Below, one piece after another: positions 10,051-24,790 of a stretch of 64,000 nt of DNA (the stretch's first letter is position 1; each line of letters starts with the position of its first letter). This stretch comes from the human T2T-CHM13v2.0 reference genome, Homo sapiens. A model generated the notes under the pieces. That model had not been told where the DNA came from. It worked only from the letters and a program-made list of their open reading frames with translations, and did not search any database. The stretch is from the NCBI RefSeq assembly GCF_009914755.1, contig NC_060930.1; one strand, 5' to 3'. The translations under genes were made by a program, and so were the position numbers.

Positions 10051-13000
10051 TAAAGCTAGAAACATTGAAATCTGTTAAGTTAGTCAGTTGATTTAACAAT
10101 TCCTTTTATATATCCAAAGTATGTTTTATTTAAATAACCTGAAATTACTATTATTAAATATATAATTGTTTTATGAGTATGCTTTTCCTCACACATATTT
10201 ATGTAAATAATGTAATGTCTGCATCTTGATGTTCCAAGTTGGGAATAGAAACCTTGATTCTGTCATGTTCTTCCTTTGAAATAAGCTCAGTGAACATTTC
10301 CTCACTGTGCAGATTTGCACACTTGCCAACACCTACCCACAGTATTAATCTTTCTTTCTGATTGACTTGTGTTTTCAATGCAATCAATGGACAGAAACAA
10401 ACTTGCCTAGATATCACAGAATGTATTTCTTCCCTTCGAATTCACTTTATGTTAACTTGGTGAGATATGCTGACTTTGTGGAATCACTGCAGCAACTTGT
10501 AAATGATGCATGAAAATAAAATGAAAGACCCCTGCTCAGGGCATGAGGCAATCAAAACCTGTGCTTTGCTGCGCTATTTATGTGTAGTCACTACACCGAG
10601 TGCAGTTATGGCCTCCAAATTTTTTCCATTGAGTGAAGAACATCCCCAGCTATAAATTAAAAACATGACCCTCAGACTTTCATTTTTTTACTAGCAGTAC
10701 TTTAAAAGCCAGTGGAATCCTAAAACAACCGTAACAACAGCAACAACAAACCTGAAATGAGTTGTCTAATGCATTTAGTATATTTACACAATGGTGTTCT
10801 CTGATCTGGAAGGAAGGATCAGTTCAAAGCAATAAAGTGTCATGATGATCAGACTTTTAAAAGGTTTTATTGAAAACAAGTCCTTAATATAGTTTAAGGA
10901 TAAGGTAGTCATTTATAACCTGCTTCCTCAAGGATAGTGGATATATGCTCCCACTTATAATAAAGAGTTCAAACTCAAGTTCCAATAAGGAGAGAAATTG
11001 TAGTGTTTATTAAAAATATGAAAACAGAAGTATACTTTATATAACCATTTTTTAGGGAAAGACTCTCAAGATGAATTTATGATTTTAAATGCTGAAAAAG
11101 TTATTATTTTCACAATGTACCGACACATAGAATTTAGAATTAAATTATCAAAATTATTGAACAGATTACAAACCTTTAAATAATATTTATGTTTTACTTT
11201 TTTCATGGTCCATAGTGAAACTGAAAAACAGTTTTTTTGTTGTTTTTTTGATAATTTTTTTTTTTTTACAGATGGAAGTACTTAATCTGTTGTTCAATTG
11301 TTGTCAATCTCTGTCCTTTAGAAGAAATCATTATTTCTTTCTACTGAAAAATTGAACAAACCTCCAGTTGGACAGAGATGAATTGTTTCCTTGGACAATG
11401 TCCTTGTTCTTGGAATATATGTATCTTTGGGTTAAACACATTTTTCTTCTTCACTAAGCTGCCAGAGGGTTTAATTGAATACAAGAAAAGAATGAAAATG
11501 TTATAGGTTCCACTTCGTACACCACGCCCAGTGTGCATTCTGTCTTGCTGTTTTTCAATTTATTATCTCTGTATCCACACAATCAGTCACAAAGCAAGAG
11601 ACATTTGGGTTTTTTTTTAATGTCTGTGATAGTGACACTGTGTCATATACCACTGAGAATGTGACTAAATCAAGAATAATCCAGAAATTAGTTTTCTATT
11701 TCATATTTAAATATGCTGAAGGAATGAAAATAAGTAATCGCAACTTCTTTACTATTGTGGAGAAAGAAAAACGAAAGAAACTCTTCATTAACCTTTCTCA
11801 AAAGACTCAAGGCATGAGACAGAGGGAACATTTTAATCTACTGAGGGTCTGTTCTGTGTCATTGTTGGATTTTCATAGGATTTTACCAGCAGAGAAAATT
11901 ATAAACCCTGGAATTAGAAAAGCATGATGTGGGAGAATCAGATGAGGATGGAATTAAATTGTCACAGAAAATTCAACTATACTCTATTACCCTTCAAAAA
12001 TGCTGCAGAAATGTTTTTGATGTTTATGATTATGTAGTAATTCTTGTTTATTATGAAAAATCTTTCATAGCTTCAAAAACCTTAATAAAATGTTTTAAAG
12101 CTTGGAAGTATCTGTATCTTTTAAAAAATTATTTTGAGAAACTCTATTTTGTCTTAAAAGGTGGTTTTCCAAATTATCCACCTTAACTCATCACACATCT
12201 TGATTGTTAGTATAATAGGAAGCTCTCCTATACATCTAGTTTTCTTATTAACATATCTACTTTTGAATCACATTTAGCTTCTGGCAACCTTATCTATTTT
12301 CATTACATTATTAGTAATATATTCAGATCCTGAAAATGATTTGGTTCAGAATTACAAGAGCAAGAGAGGCCGCTTTCTCAAGTCTTTTGCCATCCTTGTG
12401 GAAAATATATTTTTCACCCCTACCTCTCTGTAATTTCTACCTCTGATAATCCAAGTTTAAAACAAAATTTAAATATAAATAGCGAAGTGTAGATTAATGG
12501 TATGGTATATGGTTTCTTAGGATCTGTGTTCTGTTTTAGTTATAGAAATTTTGACAAAAACTTATTTGGCTGTGTCATGAATTCAATTGCAGAACCTAAC
12601 GTTACTTCCTGGAGGAATAAGTTTTCCACAGAAACATTTTGCATAATTGGAAAACTTCTCTTGAGTGAGGTATTATGTCTTTCTCTCTTGTTCCCATCTC
12701 CACCTCCTGGATGTAATGCATTTCCAGGTCAATTCCCACATAGTTCTGATTCTTTCTACTCCACTTGCTTAGGAAATTTAGCAAACACAGCTCTTGCAGA
12801 CAATACTCTCTGGACTATAGCTCAGCATTTCATCTTCACCTGAATGGTATATTTCAAGATTAATATAGGAGACATGACTTAGTATGCTAAAAATACCCTG
12901 AACACTCCCTAATATTATTTTTTTCAGATACCTTCAGAAAGTCAAATGAGAATTTGGTGTACGTTTCAGTGTCTTTTCCAGATTCTCTTTAAAATGTATT

Positions 13001-14309
13001 CCATTACTATTTTCTGGATAAAATAAAAGTTGCTATCTTTATTGGCATTTTAAAAACAACCACTTAAGGCAATTATAAAGCAAAACAAAAAAGCATAACA
13101 CAAAATACAAAGAAACAAGTTAAAACAGTTTAGGAAAAACATTTTGATCTCGTTAGAAATGTGGGCTTGCAGTTCTGAGAGGATTTATGATATTTTATTA
13201 AATTCTTAGTTAACTTGCCTGCTTCTTACTTTGCATGGTATGCTCTTGTTGCATCTAGTTAATAATGGTCCTTCAATATGTTTGCCTAATAACTAAATGA
13301 GAGATGAATGATGGTTAGAGCAAGCGGGATGGTTTGGGGAGTGAATGATCACATCTCAGTTGAGTAAATGCTTTTCTATTAAATCAGGCCATGGGTCACA
13401 CAACTTATTCATTTTTCTTTTTCTGTTTTAAATGAATAAATTGCTCATCTTTTCAAAATGTGGTGAAATCAGCTGTCAATTGAAATATAAATATATGGGA
13501 GAAGAATAAATATCACTATGTTTCTTCGAAATAGACTTTTAAAAAATTGTGTACAAAGGTGCTTCTTTTGAATAACATTGAAAAAAATGTCTAGAATCCT
13601 GAAATCAATTTTAGTATATATTTTATTCTAATAAAATATTTTTATAATTTGAATGCATTGTTTATTTATTTTAGTACATATTTATATTATAATAAGAAAT
13701 TTGGGGGAAATAGCAAAGATCTACTCAAATAATACAAGATTTTTTTTGAAGCCAACTTTTGAACACAACTGCCTCCTCTTCCTTTATGAAACCTAAACTG
13801 TATATTTATCCTGATTTTTTAAAATGTTAGGATTTACAAAACTTGGATGACACCAAAGACAAACTTGAGAATCGAAATGCAAAACTAAGGATTGCAGAAA
13901 GAGCTTGTGTCACCGAAATATGCCAACCCCTGTTGAAAAAACTAAATTGGTACCATCTGAATCTAACCAAATACCATTGCCTTTGAAAGACCGAGAAGGT
14001 TCTGATCAATTGGGTTGAATCCTCTAAGACAGAGAGAGGAAAAGAAGAAGAGAATGAGCAAGAGTTTATCCCCATGCCTCAGTAGAGTTTGTTAGCCTGC
14101 CCAGTTCACTCTTTCAAGCCAGACAAGCCTCACCCACTGCCTTCACCAGTTTTGAAATTGCCACCTCTTAGAGTTGCCCAGAAAACAGTTGTGAACCCCA
14201 GTGAGTCATGAAAGAAAACTGGCAGTGCATTTAAGGTTATCCAACAGATGCAACGGGGATAAGGACTGGGACAAGTAACAATCAGCAAAACATAGCTGCT
14301 CAGGAAAAC

Positions 14310-14763
14310 TGTGTTAGTAAGTGCTCTCTAGAGAAACAGAACCAATGGGATGTGTACACACGTATATAGAGAGAAGTTTATTTTAAGGAACTGGCTCATA
14401 CAATTATGAAGGCTGGTGAACCCAAATCTGTGGTGTGGGGTGAGCCAGGAGGCTAGAGACTCAGAGAAAAGGTGATGTTGTGGTTCAAGTTCAAAGGCCT
14501 TCAGACTGGTAGAATTCCACTTTTTTTTTCCAGAGGAAGTCAGGCTTTTTAAAATGTATTTATTTATTTGTTTTTTATTCAAGCCTTCACTTGAGTGGAT
14601 GAGGTCCACAAACATACTGCAAGACAATCTGCTCTCCTCAGTCTGTCGATTCAAATGTTTATCTCATCTAGAAACAGCCTCACAGAAATATTCAGATTAA
14701 CATTTGACCACATATCTGGACACTGTAGCCCAGCCAAATTGACACATAACATTAACTATCACA
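14310..14763 (-). mobile_element. MLT2 (ERVL) solo LTR
   Basis: ctctagagaaacagaaccaat start; end caaattgacacataacattaactatcaca is the reverse complement of the MLT2 5' end; near-TSD aaaac/gaaac. Confidence 0.9.
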
Positions 14764-14899
14764 GAAACAATGTATTTAATAGGCAAGAAAAGAAAAAGGA
14801 GATAAAGGAGAATCATAAAAAAGATAAAATGAAACTAAAAACAAGCAAACATCATTTATTAACTCAGATATCAATAAGAGAAATCAAGCAAAAGATAAT

Positions 14900-17800
14900 C
14901 TTTTTTGCACCTGTATTAGTGGCCTTGAGGATCACATGACTTAATATTTCATGCCCACAGAGCAAAAATATAAAGTGAATGAAATCATGAGATTGCTGGG
15001 AGATGCAGATGATTTTAAGTCGTTGAAGTTCCGGTAAGAGAAAAAGAAACACATGTAGGATAGATTAAGAATTATATAAAAAACAGAGGAAAACGCTCAT
15101 GAGTTAAATAAATATCTACAATTGTAAATGTAAAGAATGTACCTAAATCTAGACAGAATTGATATGAAAAAGAACATACTTTGGCTCATTCTGGTTAAAA
15201 CCAATTCCAATCTTTTAGACCAAAAGAACTTATTTTCTTCAAAGGAAAAAATATTAGACTGACATCAGGCTTCTTTTATGCAACTCTCAAAAGTAGAAGG
15301 CAGTGAAATAACATCTAGCTTACTGAAAGAGTAAGATTGCAAACAATGCAACAGTCACATGTTCAGACAAAAATAAGTTTACAGACATTAAAAAAGTCAA
15401 AACATATAATATCTACATTTTTCTCTAAATTAAAACTAACATATTATCTAAAATATATAAAGGTGTTAAATTCGAACTCCTGAAGCATGGATCCAGGTAT
15501 CAAAGAAAATTCTAATAAATATTTTAAATATATTAAAATATGTCTGAAAACAAAAATCAAGGTATTTCAGAAAAAATTAAGGTGGAGTATGGGTGTTTCG
15601 GGTTTCATCTGAACAGAGATGGTGGGAAGATAGAAGAAAATAATTACGTATCTACACAGACACAAATTGTATATACATATACACACATATGTGCGTAAGA
15701 TGTCAGTTTATCTTAATAGATTGAGGCATATATAGTACGGGTAACTGCATTTTAGGCATATAAATAAGCAATGAGAAAAGAAAATAATTGGTTCGATCAT
15801 AAATAGTTGATAACACAGAGGGATCAATAGTTGAATTGGTACCTCGATAGTGATAGTAGTTGCACCAAGCACTGAAGAACAATTAGTAGAGAAACGGATT
15901 TTGTATTTAGACATATAGGAAAGAGAAGGTAAAATTAGTAGGAAATACGATAAAACAGGTAAATGTAGAAAGATTAGCAGCTTGACAAATCAAGGAAATG
16001 TAAGAAAAACAGATAAAGGAACAAACCATTAGAATTAATATTAGCTAAAATAATAAAATGAGGTATAAAAGTATTTGGTGAAGAAGGTAGTAGAGATGAC
16101 AACTAAAATTTTTATATCTTTCTAAATACCCACATAATTACGGAACAGTCAAAATTATACAACAAATTTTAAAAATGTATGAACAACATACACAACATAA
16201 CTGGATAATAAAGTATAACCTTTAAATACAGCAAAGTAGGGAGAAATCACTGACTACAGAAAAATTAAATACATAATTGATATCTGTAGGGAGAAAGCAG
16301 AAGAAAGCAAGAGGGCATTGATTGTAAAACAGGAAATCCTCAAGGTAACTAAAAGAATTGCAGGCGAATTTGAAGACAGCTCCTGAAATGAGAAGTGTTT
16401 GGTCCAAGGCAGCAGAAGGTGAATTCCAGGAGTCCCTCACTGAAAACTGAGAACAGAGCACTGTGGCCACCATGAACTGTCAACACCATCCCGCAAGGGC
16501 CCCCTTTCCACACAGGACTTCACACTGCGGAGAAATTACTGAGAGTGGACTTAAAATTGGTTGGAATCAAGGTAAGAGAAATAAATAAGGTATAGATGAA
16601 AGTTAGAAATATAAAGAAGGAGAAAACATGAGACATGCTGTAATGTTTCTAAAACTCCACAAAAATAACAGAGGGAGAGTTAGTTGAAATTAGAAAAGCC
16701 ATCCAAACAGCCAATTTCTACAAGTTAAGTGAGGTAAAATTTACATAAAAATGAGCAATAAACTATATAAAGGTAAAATTTCACAAGCAGTAATTATAAT
16801 ACAAATTATTTAGGAGACCAAAGATTTCCCCAAAAGAATAAAAGGATGCAAGAAATAAATGCATAAAATAATAATAACTCTAATATGTGATTTCAGACAA
16901 ATCCAAAAGACATAAAGATATGACATCAAGTAAGAGCATAATTTAGAATAATAAATTATATGGGAGAACTCAAGAAAAATAGGCATATAAGGCAAATATA
17001 ATTTTAATACTGAAGAATAAAATTAGAAGGAACACAACAGCAAACATACAAAAATTAATACAAATGGAAGGTGAAAAGAGAAAATTTTAAAAAATTAAAA
17101 TGCAATCAAAAGATTAAAATAACATTCAAGAGAAAAGAACATATATGCAAGATAGGCTAAGATGATTCGACATGCAGAGAACAAGAAACCCTGAAGATGA
17201 AAACTAAGCAAAGAAAAAGAAAAAGTTCTTAAACTATAATTCAAGTAAACTTTTAAAAATACATATTTTTAAATAGCTGAAACAAAAATTGAAAACAAAG
17301 AATACCATACATGATAATGTTGCTGCAGAATAACCCACACCAATATATATTCTGATAAAATTACTAGATTTGAAAAAATAAAGATCTTTCATGTTTCTAG
17401 GCAAAATGACTAAGTAACATGAAGAGAAACAAAATTAGAATATCATCCAAATTCAATGGCAACACTTTATCCAACGTAGAATGGAGCATCATATTTAAGA
17501 CTCCCAAATAACTATGTAAACCGTGAAAATGGACCTTGAATATAAAGGGCAAGGAGAAGATGTCACATCCAATTACTCTCAAGGGAATATTACTCCCATG
17601 AATGCTTTGTAAGGAATCTACTGAAGAATTCACATCAGAAAACCAAAATAACTAAAGAGCCATTTGCATGAGGACGAATAGTTAACATTAAATATACTGA
17701 ATAATTATTAATAGAACCAAGATTAAATGGAGGCAAACAAATGGGAGATTAGAGTGTTTAGTAGCTATACAATCTGAAAATGTGGATAGAGCACAAATAT

Positions 17801-18000
17801 AAAAATGGGAAGATAATGCAGATGGAATATAAAAGGTTAACTGTTTCAGTAATGATAATTAGTAATGTAGTGTAGTATTGGTGTTATTATTCTGAGACAC
17901 ATGTATGGGCAATAGTCTAGTACTATCATTTCCTATGACCTGGACAACTAGAATTCTTAGTGTAAAAAAAGAAGATACACATATAATATAGAAGATAAGA
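14900..18000 (+). mobile_element. Very old L1M/HAL1-like ORF1-region fragments
   Basis: A-rich degenerate ORF1 motifs at 15130-15330 and 17140-17600 (aaaattagaatatcatc...gcaacact...gaatggag); boundaries approximate. Confidence 0.55.
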
Positions 18001-18292
18001 GGCTAGGTGTGGTGGTTCATGCCCGTAATCCCAGCACTTTAAGAGGTCAAGGCGGGCAGATCACTTGAGGCCAGGAGTTCGAAACCAGTCTGGCCAACAT
18101 GGCAAAACCCCATCTCTACTAAAAATACAGAAATTAGCAGGATATGGTGGTGCATGCCTGTAATTCCATCTACTCAGGAAGCTGACGCATGAGAATCCCT
18201 TGAGCCCAGGAGTCAGAGGTTGCAGTGAGCCGAGATCGTGCCACTGCACTCCAGCCTGGGTGACAGGGCAAGACTCTGTCTCAAAAAAAAAA
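18001..18292 (+). mobile_element. Alu, full length (AluS/Jb type)
   Basis: dimeric Alu consensus with A tail. Confidence 0.95.
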
Positions 18293-18339
18293 GATATGAG
18301 ATGTGTAAGTGTGTAAATATATTTCTGTGTGTGTGTTAA

Positions 18340-20090
18340 TATATATATTTATATGTGTATACATATATAATTATATATAAATATATAATGTATATTTAAT
18401 GTATAATAAATATATATGGATAATATATGTATAATAAACATATATATGTATATTTAATGTATAATACATAATGTATACATATTTCTATAAATATATTTAA
18501 TATGTATACACAGGTATACATATTTCTATATGTATAGAAATATGTATACCTTAAATATGTATAAACATGTATATTTATATAAATATACATATAAATATGT
18601 ATATAAATATATAATATATATTTATAGATGTATATATAATGCATATTTATATATGTATTAATATGTAAATATATATTATATAATATGTATTGATATATAA
18701 ATATATATTCTATAATATGTATTTATATATAAATACATATTATATTATATATATATAATATATATATATTATATAATATATATTTATATGTTAAATATAT
18801 ATTATATAATATGTTCAATATATTATATATAATATAATATATGTTATATAATATGTATTTAATATATAATATAATATATGTTATATAATATGTATTTAAT
18901 ATATAATATAATATATGTTATATAATATGTATTTAATATATAATATATTATATAATATATAATATATTACATATAATATATTATATAATATATAATATAT
19001 TACATATAATATATTATATATTACATGTAATATATTACATATAATATATTATCTATTACATGTAATATATTACATGTAATATATTATATATTATATATAA
19101 TATATTACATGTAATATATTATATACTATATTACATATAATTATATATTATATAATATATTTAATATATAATATATTATATTATATTATATATTAATATA
19201 TTATATTATATTATATATTAATATAATATATTATATGATATATTAATATAATATATTATATTATATGATATATTAATATAATATATTATATTATATGATA
19301 TATTAATATAATATATTATATTATATGATATATTAATATAATATATTATATTATATGATATATTAATATAATATATTATATTATATGATATAATATATTA
19401 ATATAATATAATATATTAATATAATATGATATAATATATTATTATAATATAATATATTAATATAATATAATATAATATAATATATTATTATAATATAATA
19501 TATTAATATAATATAATATATTAATATAATACAATATATTAATATAATATAATATATTAATATAATATAATATATTAATATAATATAATATAATATATTA
19601 ATATAATACAATATATTAATATAATATAATATATTAATATAATACAATATATTAATATAATATAATATATTAATATAATACAATATATTAATATAATATA
19701 ATATATTAATATAATATAATATATTAATGTAATATATATTAATATAATATAACATAATATATTAATATAATATAACATAATATATTAATATAATATAACA
19801 ATATAATATAACATATTAATATAATATAATATAATATAACAATATAATATAATATAACAATATAATATAATATAACAATATAATATAATATATTAATATA
19901 ATATAACATATTAATATAATATAACAATATAATATAATATATTAATATATTATAACATATTAATATAATATATTAATATATTATATATTTATATTTAAAT
20001 ATAAATATACATTATATATTTATATACACACACAAAATATATTTTTATATATTTATATAAACACACAAAATATATTTTTTACATATATAT
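18340..20090. repeat. Complex AT-rich (TA)n-derived minisatellite array with 37-, 30- and 18-bp sub-units
   Basis: almost only A/T; 3x37 bp at 18831-18941; 5 perfect 30-bp units at 19231-19380; 18-bp units at ~19495-19730. Confidence 0.97.
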
Positions 20091-20620
20091 GGTGGCAGAG
20101 AGATCCTGGGATGCCCCCAGTGATCCTCACCTCCTGAGGTTCAGATTCCTATGCAATCTTCATTCCCTGACTGTGGATTATGCTTTTAGCCAATAGACTA
20201 TAGCAGAGATTGGATGTCACATTTGGTATTAAAATAATATTACATAAGACTCCATCTTGCTAGTGGATTAACTCTAAGAACTCTCCTTTAGGTCTTGATA
20301 TAAGCAGCCAAATTAGGGAAGCTCACATGGCAAAGGACTTTGACAATACTAGTAGCTAAATACAGCCTTCCACCAACAGCCAGCAAGAAGTCAGGGCTCT
20401 TGGTCCTACAATTGCAAGCAGTTGAATTCTGCCAACAACCCGAGTGATTTGGAAAGTGGGCGCTTTTCTCATTGATTTTCTACATGAGAATACAGCCCAG
20501 TGGACACATCAGTTTCAGCCTTGTAATACCCTAAATAGAGGACCCAGCTAAGCTTTTCTCTGACATCCATGTATGCTGCTTTAATTTTGTAGTTTATTTG
20601 CTGTACAACAATAGAATATA
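20089..20620 (+). mobile_element. MLT1 (MLT1E/F-like) MaLR LTR
   Basis: ccaacagccagcaagaag...gaattctgccaacaacc...cagccttgt...gaggacccagctaag. Confidence 0.85.
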
Positions 20621-20649
20621 TGGGGGTGTATTTGTATTTACAATAAAAT

Positions 20650-21300
20650 TCCAGGCGTAAGCCAGTAAAAGGACCTAGAATTAAAAGCCAAAAAGCAATA
20701 GTCATCATTTATGCCCATATAGTTTAGATTTTGGACTTCAAATACCATTTTTTAAATCTAAAGCAACCAGATCTTCTTGAAGAAAGAGATTAATCTCTAT
20801 TTTGAGAAAGAAAAATGCAGGAAAAACATATAAATAAAAAAATTGTCAAAGATTACTAGGTGCATATCCAAAGAATGAAGGACTGATTTGGAAATGCACT
20901 CACTACACAAAATGGGACAATTAGAAATATGACAGTGATAAATATGCAATGGATTGCGGCCCACCAAATACACTCAAATGATAAATGATATTAAATGAAA
21001 GGATTTAGTCACCTTCTGAAGATGTTAGGAAAGCAATTCATTTTTTATTAAAATTGAGCATTTATTTTGTTTTTTTCTTTATGAATTGTACCAATGGACA
21101 ACTAAATAGATTAAAAAAGAATCTCATTAGAAAATTATTTTACCAAACAAATAAAAAGACAATAATAACATTGTAAAAATCCCATCTTTATAAGCATTTG
21201 CACAACTTAATATATTGAAGATATAGAAATTAAACAGTAACAATATCAGCAAAGCATGGAAACCATTCTGAGTCTATACAATGGAAATCATAATAATACT
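20650..21300 (+). mobile_element. L1MC-like 3' UTR remnant
   Basis: ttggacttcaaataccatt...gtcaaagattactagg...aaaatgggacaatt; probably continues the element left of the Alu/AT array. Confidence 0.55.
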
Positions 21301-22967
21301 ATGTAAGCCCATGGCAAGTTGTATTTAGTGTGTAAGGGTTTCTCACACAAAGAAAGCACCACATAAAATTTACTTATTTTTATTAGATAGACACAGACAT
21401 ACATATACAGAGATACAATTGCCCCTTTATCAATATAAAAATGACTATTAAAATACACACATAGAATGTCCTTAAGTTTTTTTCCTGCACCCTCTATTCT
21501 CTAAAAAGTTTAAATCAGTATTTCATTAGCTGTACTTCAATATCTACCAAGAATTCAGTGTGCTATGCAAGTTTAAATGTGCTTGTCTATTTACTGTGTG
21601 TGTTCACATACACTCTGGGAAAAGGGCAGTCTTAGTTTAATCTTCAGAAATACCTGCTAAAATCAAACTTCTCCACACCACATGAAATCCCTCGAATAAT
21701 TTTCCCCTCTTGTGGCACAGTGTTTTCAATACAAGGTAATGCAGTGTCAAAATTGGCTTCTTCCCAAAAGTCTCAGAAGCAAGTCTTCACTTTCAACAGT
21801 TTCTTTTTCCAACTGTGTCAGAACGGTAATTATAATTTGCAAGGTAATGCAGGCAGGCAGACTTTTGTTTCAGGTGAAGACATAACAAAGGAGAATTATG
21901 AATATTATCAGGGCATTTTTTAATGTGCTGCTAAACCCGAAAGTCCTTGCCAGTCTGGCTCTGGCTGACCTTGCCTGCATTGAGCCCCCTCTCCTCTCTT
22001 CACTGCTATGATCTACTCCTGAGAGCCTCCTTTGCTGTTTTGAATATGATCTTATAACCCTTGACTGCCTCTTCACTTTTATACTTGCTGTTTCTGAGCC
22101 CCGCAATGATCTTGCCTCAGCAATTTTTATCACTGCAGTGTAAAAGTTCAGGAAATGAGAACATGTTGAGTCCATTCAGTTCATTGAAAATAATATGTTA
22201 ACTAATTTAAACTATTGAGTTAAAATATATTCTATATTTCCGGGAAATTTTATCTTAAATTAAAGATTCCCCAGATTTTAGTTTACCTGTATAATCTATG
22301 ATTCTAACAGCGTTTTAAAGCTTATTACTTAGTTTAGTAAAGTCAAAAGTAAGAACGATGAATTATTACTCAAAGTGGTGCATACTTGCCATTTTTATTA
22401 TTATTTTATTGTTATTATGTCTTTAACTAGAGCAATATTTCTCAATATTGCATGTGTGCAAAATTGAGTATGAGTTGCTTTGCCAAACTATAAATGTTTC
22501 TTCTCATCATGTTAGTAATTCTAGACATTTGCTATATTTTTAAAGATCCTCAAATAATCAAGTTAAGCATTTTCTAATCCACTGAACATTGTATAATATT
22601 TAGATGAGAAAATTCTATTTATTTTAACATGATTTAAAAGTAGTCGTATACATTTTACTCTGTGAAGAATCAAATCAGTCATTATTTTAGTTTTAGTTAT
22701 TAACATTATCATGTTAAGTCAACAATTTCATATCGATATATTAATGTAATCAATTAATGTGTTTAATAATCGATTACTTGATTTTTATACCAGTAGGCCC
22801 TAGAATGAAGTTCTCAGTGTTTTTGTAAAATCTTCTTTCTTGGGAAACTTGAGCTGTTCCTGGCCCAGCATAGTTCATTTTGGCAGGTCAAAATCATGAC
22901 TAATAATTTTACTTGTAAGTAAAAGTTAAAACAAAAACAAACATTTACTTACTTTTTCAAATATATA

Positions 22968-23327
22968 TTGGTGGTAGATTTTAATATTACTCACCAATAT
23001 TTTCTGTTCAACTCTTTCCACCCATAAGGCTGTTGTGGTTCTCCACCATCCCAAGATAAGTCACAGCCCAGTTACTTGCGTGGGCCCAGGAAAAGTGGAC
23101 AGCCTTGCTGAGTGCCCCTGACGACCAGGGCTGGACTCCCCAGCATGCTCTTACCTGTGCCGCGTGGAGGAGGGTTGGGGCTGACGTACCATAAGATCAA
23201 TCAAGGCAGTCTATAACGCTGAGACAACAGGACCGAGAACCCAGTGTGCAGTAAATTTTACATTAAGTCACAGAGATTTTGTGGACTTTGTTACTTCCAC
23301 TTAAGCCAGACTATCCAGACAGATACT
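22968..23327 (+). mobile_element. Old MLT1 (MLT1I/J-like) LTR
   Basis: 3' end ttaagtcacagagatttt...tttgttact...ctatcc...gatac. Confidence 0.6.
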
Positions 23328-23570
23328 GTATAACAAAATTAAGTCTCATTAATTTTCTTTATGAACTATAATGATCAATAATGACTGTATTCTAGAAAAG
23401 TCATGCTATAATTATCTGTGACAAAATATCTGTTTTAAAAAGCACAAGGATCTCACCAGCAGACTTCAAGTGATAAATTGAGATATTTACAGATGCATTT
23501 TATTTTTTCTTTTTAACTGAAAGAAAATTCATTTTTCTCGGTTTCCTTCTAACCTTTAAATAGAAAGTTT

Positions 23571-23976
<406 letters not shown>

Positions 23977-24289
23977 TTACTTTGTATTTTTATTTTTCAC
24001 ATATAAGATTGATTTTTTAAATTAACTATTACATAATACAAACAAAATACTCTGGAAATAACTACATATTTCCAAAATACATTTTATTGTTCTCTGACTT
24101 ATTAAATACAATTTTACCTTTTAATTTAGTATTTTAAGGTACATCAGTATGAACAACAATTATTGAACGGTGACATCTAGGAGTTCAACAGAAAAGTAGG
24201 GAGCTGCTATCCCACAGCAAACAACCCTAGATTCCTGCACGACTATAATCTAGGCAATGTGCTTTCTATTCAGGATTATGACTCTCCTT

Positions 24290-24777
<488 letters not shown>

Positions 24778-24790
24778 TAGCTCTTAATTA

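Noticed and set aside
19231-19380. 30-bp regularly spaced repeats as a CRISPR array
   Set aside because: Head-to-tail tandem units with no unique spacers, no cas genes, primate DNA.
18396-19927. Ile/Tyr/Asn/Leu repeat ORFs (e.g. 19381..19755)
   Set aside because: Translations of the AT minisatellite; no coding evidence.
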